Source: Candidatus Altiarchaeota archaeon (lineage in GTDB: Archaea; SpSt-1190; DYHY01). From it: a DNA stretch of 45,085 bases. Position 1 is the stretch's first letter, and each line of letters opens with the position of its first letter. The stretch lies in the NCBI GenBank assembly GCA_030622515.1, contig JAUXGB010000001.1:1-45085 (forward strand), written 5' to 3'. Made by a program: the position numbers and the translations under genes. Under the pieces are notes generated by a model that was not told where the DNA came from, did no database searches, and saw only the letters and a list, made by a program, of their open reading frames with translations. Below are positions 27,626-36,171 of the stretch, piece after piece.

Positions 27626-28753
27626 ATGAAAGGACTAACTTACGAAAAAGCAGGCGTTGACATTAAATTGGGCGATAAGGCCTCAGATATTTTCTTCAAC
27701 GCGGCAAAGCAGACTTGGAAAAACAGACAGGGCAAGCTAGGCGAGGTAGTTATGCCCTTCAAGGGATTTTCAGGCAAGAGATACATAGATGTTGGCGGCC
27801 TTCCCGAAGGCACTATAATGAGCTTTAACTTTGACGGCATAGGGACAAAAGTGGAAATTGCCGAGAGAATTGGAAAGTTCGACACTCTTGGAAAAGACCT
27901 ACTGGCAATGGTTGCTGAAGATTCAGCACGTGACGGCATGGAGCCTGTGCTTGTAGGGTCAATAGTTGATGTAAAAGCCCTCAAGAACAAGAAAAAACAA
28001 CCTTACCTTGGCGAAGTAAATCAACTCGCAGTAGGATACATGGATGCTGCAAACGATGCAGGAGTCGCGATATTCAACGGCGAAACGGCCGAACTTGGCT
28101 ATCTAGTTGGCGGCTACGGAAGAGAATTCAAGTTGAACTGGGGGGCAGCCTGCGTTGCCTTTGGCCACAAAAGCAGAGTTCTTACAGGTGACAAAATAGA
28201 GGAAGGCGATGCAATAGTTGGCCTAAAGGAAGACGGTTTCAGATCAAACGGACTATCTCTCGTTAGAAAGACTCTGAGGAAAGCCTATGGAAGAGACTGG
28301 CACAAAGGAAGAGAAGACATAGCAGAACAGGTTCTTGAACCATCGACAATCTACACAAAAGCACTTCTCGACATGACAGGCGGTGCAGACCTTGAAAGAA
28401 AACCACAGGTTGAGGTCCACGGAATAGCCCACGTAACTGGTGGAGGAGTTCCAGGCAAGCTTGGGAGGCTGCTCGAGCCGACGGGGCTGGGAGCCAGAAT
28501 CTCAAACCCAATGGAAGTTCCTGAGATAATGGACTATTGCCAGACGTTAGGAAAAGTCTCGAACAAGAATGCCTACAAGACTTGGAACATGGGACAGGGA
28601 ATGTTGGTTGTTCTTCCTAAGGAACAATCTGAAGAAGCAATCAAGATATCAAGCAGGTATGGTTTTGAGGCAGATGTAATTGGCACTATAACAACAGACA
28701 ACTATATTGCCATAAGGACAGATGCCAACAACATGGAGAAGTTTAGCATATAG
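27626..28753 (+). CDS. purM: AIR synthase (phosphoribosylformylglycinamidine cyclo-ligase)
   Basis: YEKAGVD, DGIGTK, GETAE, SNGLSLVR, AHVTGGG, TWNMGQG. Confidence 0.92.
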   Translation: MKGLTYEKAGVDIKLGDKASDIFFNAAKQTWKNRQGKLGEVVMPFKGFSGKRYIDVGGLPEGTIMSFNFDGIGTKVEIAERIGKFDTLGKDLLAMVAEDSARDGMEPVLVGSIVDVKALKNKKKQPYLGEVNQLAVGYMDAANDAGVAIFNGETAELGYLVGGYGREFKLNWGAACVAFGHKSRVLTGDKIEEGDAIVGLKEDGFRSNGLSLVRKTLRKAYGRDWHKGREDIAEQVLEPSTIYTKALLDMTGGADLERKPQVEVHGIAHVTGGGVPGKLGRLLEPTGLGARISNPMEVPEIMDYCQTLGKVSNKNAYKTWNMGQGMLVVLPKEQSEEAIKISSRYGFEADVIGTITTDNYIAIRTDANNMEKFSI

Positions 28754-28761
28754 GTGAAAGA

Positions 28762-29616
28762 CTAGCTGACAAGCATTGCAGCGCCAGCGACAGCAGTCGC
28801 CGCGCCAAGAAGCCGCCTCTTCAGCTGCTTCTTCTCGCCAAGGAACAGGATGCCGAGCACCAGCGCAAGGACCGCCATAACCCTTGAGGCAGGGTAGGCA
28901 ATGTGGACATCCATCACAAGGTAGGCATTGAGGATGAAGTAGTAGGCAAGCAGCCCGCTAGTCGCCGCGCCGGCAATTGCAAGCATATCATTCCCTCTCG
29001 CAATCTTCCTAACCTTCTTGAAATCTATCCTGAAGACAAAGGGAAAGAAAAGTGCCGGGACCAGAAACCCCATTGCATTGTAAAACATGGGGTCAAAGTT
29101 TGGCACGTTGAACTTGTCAATAATGGCTCCAAAGCTGACAAGAAGCGCTCCAAGGATTGCGTACTGGACCCCCCTGTTTTTCAGGTGGCCAAAAGGATTC
29201 CTGTCCCATGTAGCAACAGTCAGGCCTGCAAAAAGAACCAGCATGCCAACTCCTCTTTCAACTGTTATGGCTTCGCCAAGGAGAAGTGTCGCAAGAATCG
29301 CAACAAAAAGAACCCTCACCCCGCCTATACCGGTGATTAGGGAGAGGTCGGCAAGCTCCATAGACAGGAACCTAAGTAAGGATGCAAAAATCCATAAAAA
29401 AGAGGCGAAGAGAAGTATTAGCCAAGGAGCTGCCTCAGACGGGAGATTGCTCAGGTCAGAGAGAAGAACAACCAGTATTATTCCAAAAGCCGCACCAACC
29501 AGCTGGAAAACATAGTTCTTGTGCAGTGCATCCCCGCCCTTGACAGCCACCTTCTGGAGAAAAATGCTGACTGCTCCAAAAAGAACCGCCAGCAGGATGT
29601 AGATGGTGCCAATCAT
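28762..29616 (-). CDS. EamA/DMT family transporter
   Basis: About 10 TM helices in two repeats ending LLLGE and LFLGE. Confidence 0.88.
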   Translation of the reverse strand: MIGTIYILLAVLFGAVSIFLQKVAVKGGDALHKNYVFQLVGAAFGIILVVLLSDLSNLPSEAAPWLILLFASFLWIFASLLRFLSMELADLSLITGIGGVRVLFVAILATLLLGEAITVERGVGMLVLFAGLTVATWDRNPFGHLKNRGVQYAILGALLVSFGAIIDKFNVPNFDPMFYNAMGFLVPALFFPFVFRIDFKKVRKIARGNDMLAIAGAATSGLLAYYFILNAYLVMDVHIAYPASRVMAVLALVLGILFLGEKKQLKRRLLGAATAVAGAAMLVS

Positions 29617-29650
29617 TGCCGAGCTTCAGTTAGCCGGCTATTTAAGGATT

Positions 29651-30163
29651 TTATTTAGGCCGGTCAATTTTAATTCCCTTTATGTCCTCGTAGGCGCCAC
29701 TGAGGACCAACTTGTAATCGGTTGGCCCCTTTTTTTCTTCTGAGGAAAAAAGAACATTCTTGGCTTTTTCCTTAACTTTCTTGACCTTCTCCTTGACTTT
29801 CCCAAAGAAGCCAGTCGTTTTCTCCGCTGCCTTTTCCTGCGGCTTTGGGGTTCTGGCAATTTGGTTCAAAAGGTCGCCAATAGTGTCAAGGTATTTGCTA
29901 ACCTCGTCCTGGATTTTGACATCCTTGTACTTCTCAAGCCCAAGTATGTTCTTGTTGTAATTGAGAATCGTCCTGTGGGTCAGGAGCAGTGTCAGCCCTG
30001 CAGAAACCTTCGGGTCGCTTGGCCTGTGAGGAGACGTCTTCACATAATCTTTCACATGGTCCAGATATCTTGGGAAAGAGTCTCTCTCCCTTTTATTATC
30101 AACAGTTTCAACATACATGTTCACTATCCCATCAAATTCAGAAATTGGTCTTTTATCATCCAT
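29651..30163 (-). CDS. Hypothetical protein
   Basis: Protein-like composition, fills the gap; Lys-rich amphipathic segment FFGKVKEKVKKVKEK. Confidence 0.6.
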   Translation of the reverse strand: MDDKRPISEFDGIVNMYVETVDNKRERDSFPRYLDHVKDYVKTSPHRPSDPKVSAGLTLLLTHRTILNYNKNILGLEKYKDVKIQDEVSKYLDTIGDLLNQIARTPKPQEKAAEKTTGFFGKVKEKVKKVKEKAKNVLFSSEEKKGPTDYKLVLSGAYEDIKGIKIDRPK

Positions 30164-30225
30164 CTTTCATCCCTAAAAACAGAGGCCTTGCCCCTTTTTA
30201 CGCCTTTCCCCATTTCAGAGTGGTT

Positions 30226-30696
30226 TTAAACCAAAGCAACCTCAATATCCTTTCCAACCCTTTCATAGAGAACCCAGAGATTTTGCCTGTAGGAATCAGA
30301 AGCTGGTGCCTCGTGGCTTCGGAAAAATCCCTTGTGGTTTGCAGCCTCCTTCCTCTTCAACATGCTTTCAAAGTAGGTGGCAACATCGTCAAAGCTTTCC
30401 CTCAACTCATTTTCCTTGTCTATTTCCTCGTCTATTGAAAATTTGTACTCGAGGTGGCGGAACTTATGCTCCTTTTTGTCAAGAAGGCCGCTCTTGGAAA
30501 CAACAACCGTCAGGCCTGCCAGCAGCTCAGGGCCTGGAATCTGGACCTTCTTGTAATAGGCAATCGTTGTAATAAGGTTTCCAGCATTAGAGGAATACTT
30601 CAGGAGAAAGTCCTTGTCTTCAGGATTCGTTTCCCGCTCAAGATAGCCCTTGACAAGCCTGTCGGAAGTTTCAATCAGCTCCTCCCATTCCATCAA
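30226..30696 (-). CDS. Hypothetical protein
   Basis: Charged helical protein; TATA-like GGTTAAAAA about 25 nt upstream. Confidence 0.6.
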   Translation of the reverse strand: MMEWEELIETSDRLVKGYLERETNPEDKDFLLKYSSNAGNLITTIAYYKKVQIPGPELLAGLTVVVSKSGLLDKKEHKFRHLEYKFSIDEEIDKENELRESFDDVATYFESMLKRKEAANHKGFFRSHEAPASDSYRQNLWVLYERVGKDIEVALV

Positions 30697-30923
30697 TAGA
30701 GGAACGACAACTAGTTTTTAACCCTTCCCCCACCTTTAGCACTTTCGAGTGGGTTTCCAACAACTCTCTGGCATCTTCCTTCCTGCCACTGAAATAGGGG
30801 AAAGACTGACGGAAATCATCGACAATCATCAAAATCAGGGTCGATAATCAACCGTCACGCATATAACGGGGATGGGGGCGGGGACCTTTTGTGAAGGTTA
30901 AAAGTGCAGGAGGTGCTTGAACC

Positions 30924-31118
30924 ATGGCAAAGAAAAATGACGACAGCATAACGCAGGTAGCAGACATCCTCTTATTGATAGGAGGTCTCCACCTTGGATT
31001 GGGAGTTGTTAACTACCCGATTCTTGGGTTGCTTGGAGCAGACATTGGGCAGATACTAGCTGGACTAATAGGTCTATCAGCTCTCTACCTGATTTACGGC
31101 AAATACCTTGCCAAGTAA
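30924..31118 (+). CDS. DUF378-like small membrane protein
   Basis: LLLIGGLHLGL...LIGLSALY; GGAGGTG SD. Confidence 0.75.
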   Translation: MAKKNDDSITQVADILLLIGGLHLGLGVVNYPILGLLGADIGQILAGLIGLSALYLIYGKYLAK

Positions 31119-31158
31119 AGAAGAGCGCCCCTGACATGGGGCATCTCTTCTATTTTTT
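31119..31158 (+). terminator. Hairpin plus T-tract terminator
   Basis: AGAAGAG-C-GCCCC-tgacat-GGGGC-AT-CTCTTCT followed by ATTTTTT, immediately after the stop codon. Confidence 0.7.
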
Positions 31159-31231
31159 CAGTTACCTATAATTAGCACCCTTCTTGATTCTACCTTGTGG
31201 AACAAGCCCTTCTCTACACTCTGGCCAGCGT

Positions 31232-31404
31232 AAGCCCCTCCTCCTCGCCTTCGCTGCAGGAGGGTTCACCTACATCGCCTTAACCGACCTTATGCCAGAG
31301 CTCCACAGGGAGTGCAGCACCACAAGCAGCTGACCTCAACCCTTGCCCTCCTCGGCGGCATAGACCTAATCTACTTCCTTATCCGGAATCTTCCCCACGT
31401 TTAA
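31232..31404 (+). pseudogene. Frameshifted 3' remnant of a ZIP-family metal transporter
   Basis: LLAFAAGGFTYIALTDLMPELHRE (ZIP TM7 motif), then in another frame QLTSTLALLGGIDLIYFLI (TM8-like). No 5' part is present. Confidence 0.75.
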
Positions 31405-31448
31405 AGCCCCGGCGTATTCTATATAAACCCAAAGAGCCTGCCAAGCCT

Positions 31449-31775
31449 ATGGCAAAGAAAATAAGTTCAGATGAGCTGATGGCAGGAATTCTTTCCTACA
31501 TCGGGTTCTTGGTGTTGGTTCCTCTTTTTGTGATAAAGAAGAGGACAACCGTTGCGAACTTCCACATCCAACAGGGGATGAACCTCTTCTTGCTGGAAGT
31601 TATAGCATGGGTAATAGGCATGGTGCCGGTCCTTGGCTGGGCTGTGGCCGCTTTAACCACCATTTTCTGTGTTGTAGTCTCCCTGATAGCAATACTCAAC
31701 GCTGTTCAGGGAAAGATGTGGAAGATTCCAGTTGTCCACGGGCTGAAGCTCTTCGACATAAGCAACCTGAAGTAA
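31449..31775 (+). CDS. DUF4870-like small membrane protein
   Basis: LSYIGFLVLVP, FHIQQGMNL, VPVLGW, NAVQGKMWKIP. Confidence 0.8.
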   Translation: MAKKISSDELMAGILSYIGFLVLVPLFVIKKRTTVANFHIQQGMNLFLLEVIAWVIGMVPVLGWAVAALTTIFCVVVSLIAILNAVQGKMWKIPVVHGLKLFDISNLK

Positions 31776-31780
31776 AGTGC

Positions 31781-31811
31781 GGGCCCCGCGGGGCCCTTTT
31801 TCTTTATTTTT
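31781..31811 (+). terminator. GC palindrome plus T-tract terminator
   Basis: Perfect 16-bp palindrome GGGCCCCGCGGGGCCC followed by TTTTTCTTTATTTTT. Confidence 0.75.
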
Positions 31812-31849
31812 CCGAAAGGTTAATCTAAGAAGTCCCTCTTCATTAATCT

Positions 31850-32011
31850 ATGAGGGGCGTCACACCAGTCAACATTATCCTCCCCGTCTTCTGCCTTGGG
31901 GCAATTGTCGGCTACGCGATTGGCGACATCAAGCTCGGGGCAACAGCAGGCCTCATCCTTGGTGTAATCCTCGCCGCCATTGGCGGAAGCGAGAAGATGG
32001 TAGTTAACTAA
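31850..32011 (+). CDS. 53-aa glycine-zipper membrane peptide (not in ORF track)
   Basis: MRGVTPVNIILPVFCLGAIVGYAIGDIKLGATAGLILGVILAAIGGSEKMVVN with GxxxG repeats; AAAGGTTAAT promoter-like box about 30 nt upstream. Confidence 0.7.
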   Translation: MRGVTPVNIILPVFCLGAIVGYAIGDIKLGATAGLILGVILAAIGGSEKMVVN

Positions 32012-32037
32012 ATAAGCCGGTTAAGCTTTTTAGCCCC

Positions 32038-33609
32038 ATGAAAAGGCTTTTTGGAATATTCTTAGGAATTTTACTATTGGTTTCTCCCGTTGTTGCGCCA
32101 AACACGGAAGGGACAACCACTACAACCACCAGCGGCTGGTACACAACCGAGGGGATTTGGTTAAGCAGCGACTGCGTTAACCTTTGCCACCAGTACAACT
32201 ACCAGGCAACCCTGACAAACGAGGGAAAGAAAGACGTCGACTGGAACTGCTACAATGTCTGCATTAGGGAAGGCAAGCTTCTCCCGACTCAGGAAGAAGA
32301 AGAGTTAATCAATGCCATGATGGAAGACGCACCGACGCTAAGCACAATTACAATTTCCCAAGAAGCCCCTGTGCCTACCCTCATATCCTCAGCTACAGGC
32401 CTAATCAAAACCACCACCCTTACTACTTCCTCAAGCGGAGGAACAGGCCCTGTAGTTAGTGTTATTCAAGTTGAAACTACATCTTCCTCAGGCGGTTCAG
32501 GCGGAGCTGCAGCCCCAACTCAATTGACGAAAATCTGCCATATCGATGAAAACCTCATGAGAGACTATGACTATCTTTTAAGGCAGCTTAAGGAAGCCGA
32601 CGCAGTCGGCGACACCGAGTCTGCAAACCAGATTGAGGAAAAAATCAGGGCACTTAAGCAGGAAATTGAGAGGAGCCGGACCTGCGAGGAAGTTCCCATG
32701 GAAGTTAGGACAGAGACTGCAACAGCCGAAGTGGCGAGGCCTATTGCTACCTCAGTGATTGACAAGTGCCGCGATGCAAATGACTGGAGGGAGAAACTCA
32801 GCTTCTACGAAAGGCTCTACAGCCTGAACGACGAGCAGCTGAGGGACAAGGGATTCTCCCGCGAGGAAGTTCTCAAAATCAAGCTGGAGCTTCGCGAGGG
32901 AGTCGCCAGACTTGACAAGGAGTGCAAGCTACAGCAGTCAGGCGAGGCTGGTCTCATAACAGCTGTCGAGAAGCCGGTAGTGGCGTCAAGGCCTGTCGAG
33001 ATAACAGACTACTACAAGAAGAAAATAGACGCTGTTGTCCAGTCTGGCCAACCCGTTCAGGAGCAGATACAAAGCCTTAAGCGGTTGCGTGGCGAGATAG
33101 ACGAATTAATCGAGAGGCTTGTGAAGGAAAAAGAGGAAATTGCCTTTGACGAGATGGAAGGCCTTGTTGAGGAAATAGAAATGACGCCAACCTCTCTTAT
33201 TGTTGACGATAACAACATAGAGGTAACAAACAAGGAGATTTCAACAAGAATCGGGAACATGGAGCTGAGGATAAGGCAGCTTGAGGACACGGTGGCCATT
33301 GAGCAGGGCGGCCGGATTGTCAAGGTAAATGCCGACAGCGTAACGATTCGGGAAGGAAACCTAAACATTGGCGGGAAAGCCATCTCAATAGCCCCGTCCG
33401 AGGCAATCGCCGCGGCAAAACTTGTGCCAAAGGAGGTTGTTGTCGATACAGTTGGTGAAAAAGCAGTCTACAGGATATCGGCAGAGAACCAGAAGCGGCT
33501 GTTTTGGGTAATCCCTGTCGTCGTTAGCGAGGAAGCAGTTGTTGACGCGGAAAGCGGAAGTGTTATCTCGATAAATGCACCGTGGTGGAGTGCCTTGGCC
33601 TTCGGATAA
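32038..33609 (+). CDS. Secreted/surface protein with Thr/Ser-rich linker, coiled coils and C-terminal PepSY-like 'VDAESG...PWW' domain
   Basis: Signal peptide, TTTTTTSG, Cys pairs, heptad repeats, ends RLFWVIPV...VDAESGSV...APWWSALAFG. Confidence 0.75.
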   Translation: MKRLFGIFLGILLLVSPVVAPNTEGTTTTTTSGWYTTEGIWLSSDCVNLCHQYNYQATLTNEGKKDVDWNCYNVCIREGKLLPTQEEEELINAMMEDAPTLSTITISQEAPVPTLISSATGLIKTTTLTTSSSGGTGPVVSVIQVETTSSSGGSGGAAAPTQLTKICHIDENLMRDYDYLLRQLKEADAVGDTESANQIEEKIRALKQEIERSRTCEEVPMEVRTETATAEVARPIATSVIDKCRDANDWREKLSFYERLYSLNDEQLRDKGFSREEVLKIKLELREGVARLDKECKLQQSGEAGLITAVEKPVVASRPVEITDYYKKKIDAVVQSGQPVQEQIQSLKRLRGEIDELIERLVKEKEEIAFDEMEGLVEEIEMTPTSLIVDDNNIEVTNKEISTRIGNMELRIRQLEDTVAIEQGGRIVKVNADSVTIREGNLNIGGKAISIAPSEAIAAAKLVPKEVVVDTVGEKAVYRISAENQKRLFWVIPVVVSEEAVVDAESGSVISINAPWWSALAFG

Positions 33610-33662
33610 CCCCTCAACCTATTAATAAGGGAAGCCAGATATTGTTTTTAGGAGGAATTAAA

Positions 33663-33941
33663 GTGAAGAATGTTGGAAAACTCGACCAGATGATACGACT
33701 AGTCTTGGGATGTGCCCTTCTATTCATTGGAGGGCAAAAGCCAGGCCTCATGATGTGGGTATTCTCCCTGCTCGGTCTGATTGTTTTGTACACTGCCTGG
33801 ACAAGGACCTGCCCGCTCTACGACATGCTTGGCTGCAAAGGACCGAAGACGTCCCGCGTGGTAAGAGCAGCTCCGAAGAGGAAGGCCGCCAGGAAGAGAC
33901 CCAAGAGGAAAGCGAAGAAAAGAAAGAGGAAAAGAAGGTAG
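33663..33941 (+). CDS. DUF2892/YgaP-like membrane protein with polybasic C-terminal tail
   Basis: KNVGKLDQMIRL...CPLYDMLG; GTG start after AGGAGG; tail PKRKAARKRPKRKAKKRKRKRR. Confidence 0.85.
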   Translation: MKNVGKLDQMIRLVLGCALLFIGGQKPGLMMWVFSLLGLIVLYTAWTRTCPLYDMLGCKGPKTSRVVRAAPKRKAARKRPKRKAKKRKRKRR

Positions 33942-33970
33942 ATAGGTCGAGGGGCTAGCGCCCCACCTTT

Positions 33971-34726
33971 CTAAATTATGTAAGTTTCCTTTTCTTTTGC
34001 AGCGTGAGAGTTCTCAAAAACAGTTTTTGCCTCAGCTTCAAACTCGTTTTGGTTTCCCCAAGCTGTTATATGGGTTAGAAGCAACAGTTTCACATTGGCT
34101 GCCTTTGCAAGTTCTCCAGATTCCAAAGCCGTTGTATGGCCCGTCTGAATTGCTATGTCTTTTGATTTGTCTAAATAGTTTGCTTCGTGAATAAGACAGT
34201 CTGCATCCCTTGCAAACTTCACAGCCCCCTCAAAGGTCTCTCCAGCCGACCTCATGTCAGTCATATAGACAAGTGTCTTGTCACCATCAAAAATCCTGAA
34301 ACCCTTGACTCCACCGGGATGTTCAAAACTCTCGGTCTTAACAGACACCTTTCCCTTCGGAGTCTCAATTTCAAACTCGTCCTCAATCTCAATCAGATTA
34401 ACTTTGAAAGGCATGAGGCGGAAACTCTGTGGAGAGTAGGGAGGTTCAAGATATCTGTAAAGATTATCCTTTTCTCCTTTAGGAACATAAATGTCAACCT
34501 CCTCAACACCAAGAGCAAGCTGCATGCAAAAGAAACCGCTTATGTGGTCGTGGTGGAGGTGCGACAGCAGGATGGAAACCTTTTCCACATTTTTAACTTC
34601 TTCTTTCGCCCGGAAGAACCCAGAGCCAAAGTCGAGGAAGATGTTCAGGTCTTTGATAAAATAGCAGGCAGTATGCCTGCCATCAATGCTGAATCCGCCT
34701 GTCGAGCCAAGAATCTTTAGTTCCAT
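33971..34726 (-). CDS. MBL-fold metallo-hydrolase, RNase Z-like
   Basis: ILGSTGG, DFGSG, SHLHHDH, YMTD, LIHEA, HTT, LTHI. Confidence 0.88.
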   Translation of the reverse strand: MELKILGSTGGFSIDGRHTACYFIKDLNIFLDFGSGFFRAKEEVKNVEKVSILLSHLHHDHISGFFCMQLALGVEEVDIYVPKGEKDNLYRYLEPPYSPQSFRLMPFKVNLIEIEDEFEIETPKGKVSVKTESFEHPGGVKGFRIFDGDKTLVYMTDMRSAGETFEGAVKFARDADCLIHEANYLDKSKDIAIQTGHTTALESGELAKAANVKLLLLTHITAWGNQNEFEAEAKTVFENSHAAKEKETYII

Positions 34727-34865
34727 AACGGGAGGAAAGGGCCCAGCTTATTAATGGTTTCCAAAAAGCCCATATGGTTTCGAAAGTTACCAACCCCCCT
34801 CCAAATTTATCAGGCCCATCGGCTCTGGTTAAAACTATTTTAAGTAGGAGCAGGAATCATCCCTC

Positions 34866-35717
34866 ATGCGAATAGCATACTTCGAGTTGATGGGAAAAGA
34901 CCTCCCGGGCGGGATAGCTGGCGACATGTCAAACGCCTCAATACTGGACATGCTTCCCGACAATGAAAAGTTTGAGCTGATGGCCTATCTTGAGGAAAAC
35001 CTGAAGAAAATGCCCGGCCTTGAAAACGTTTCCCTTGTTGTCAGGGAGGAAGAGCGAAACGGCGAGAAGGGCACCAACATCAACTTTATATTTCTTGATG
35101 AATACAATCACAACCATCAACATGAGCACCATCACACCCATTACACTGACATAAGGGACAACATAGCTGGAAGCGAGCTTCCCGACTATGCAAAAAACTT
35201 CTCCCTAAAGGCGTTCGAGCTGCTTGCAGAGGCCGAGAGGAAAGCCCATGGCAAGGATTCGATAGACGAAGTCGCGTTCCATCAGGTCGGGGAAAGAGAC
35301 TCCATCGCGGATATTGTCGGTTTCGGCCTCGTTTTGAATTACCTGAACGAAAAAGAGCCGATAAAGGCAATCTATTCCTCGCCAGTCCCAATCAGCCACG
35401 GCAAAGTGCATGTTGGCCACGGCCACGGAGACGAGGACGGAAATATGGATGTGCCGGTCCCGGCTGTAATGCACCAGCTTGCCGATGAAAACACGAGGCC
35501 TGTAAATGTCGATGGGGAAATAGTCACCCCGACAGGAATTTCAATCATCCGCGCCACAATGCAGATAGTCAACGGCAAGGAAATCTACCTAGAGGCCAAC
35601 CCAATAACCAGCCCAACCCACTCAGGAGCGGGATTCGGTGACAATGTATATGAGAATGCAGGACCTCTCAGAGTTCACATAGGCGAGGCAGAGCAGCCTT
35701 TGTCAGCAGAGTCTTGA
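34866..35717 (+). CDS. larC: LarC-family nickel-insertion protein, N-terminal half only
   Basis: GGIAGDM, His-rich HNHQHEHHHTH, EAERKAHG, VAFHQVGERDSIADIVG, VPVPA, GEIVTPTG, GAGFG, LRV. Confidence 0.85.
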   Translation: MRIAYFELMGKDLPGGIAGDMSNASILDMLPDNEKFELMAYLEENLKKMPGLENVSLVVREEERNGEKGTNINFIFLDEYNHNHQHEHHHTHYTDIRDNIAGSELPDYAKNFSLKAFELLAEAERKAHGKDSIDEVAFHQVGERDSIADIVGFGLVLNYLNEKEPIKAIYSSPVPISHGKVHVGHGHGDEDGNMDVPVPAVMHQLADENTRPVNVDGEIVTPTGISIIRATMQIVNGKEIYLEANPITSPTHSGAGFGDNVYENAGPLRVHIGEAEQPLSAES

Positions 35718-36151
35718 TGGGTGTCAGGAAGATACTCCGGCCTGTAAGCCTTAATGTCAATTACAGGAGAACTGTCAAACGCGTCCAGTCCCTTTACCCT
35801 CAAGGTGTTTCCCTCCACCCCAAGGACCTCAACAACACACAGCCCAATGGGGTTGGGCCGTCTTGGACTTCGCGTAGCAAAGCTGCCGAACAGTTCTTTC
35901 CCTTCCTTTACGTGATGAGGGAGGACCTGAACAGCGACCCGCTCCTTTTCACCAAGTTCATGCAGCCAGTAGAGGACAATGAGGTGCTTCACTTTCTCAA
36001 CACCAAGCAGGCCCCTCCGGAACTGGGGGAAAATTTCTATCTCTGAAACAACATCCTTAACATCCCTCTCAAAATCGTATCTGGTTCCCCTCTCTCTGGT
36101 GTAACCAGTCTTCACCACCCCTATCGGCTTCATCTTTATTTCCAACACCAT
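35675..36151 (-). CDS. tsaa: TsaA/TrmO-like SAM-binding protein (tRNA m6t6A37 methyltransferase family)
   Basis: KPIGVV, LYWLH, GSFATRSPRRPNPIGL, LDAFDSSPVIDIKAY. Confidence 0.9.
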   Translation of the reverse strand: MVLEIKMKPIGVVKTGYTRERGTRYDFERDVKDVVSEIEIFPQFRRGLLGVEKVKHLIVLYWLHELGEKERVAVQVLPHHVKEGKELFGSFATRSPRRPNPIGLCVVEVLGVEGNTLRVKGLDAFDSSPVIDIKAYRPEYLPDTHQDSADKGCSASPM

Positions 36152-36171
36152 CCAAACCCCCGCGATTGTTT

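Noticed and set aside
34754..34785. ATGGTTTC-N-AAA direct repeat with 20-nt period between the RNase Z-like gene and larC
   Set aside because: Only two short copies; it could be a binding site but is too weak to call and is not a CRISPR array.
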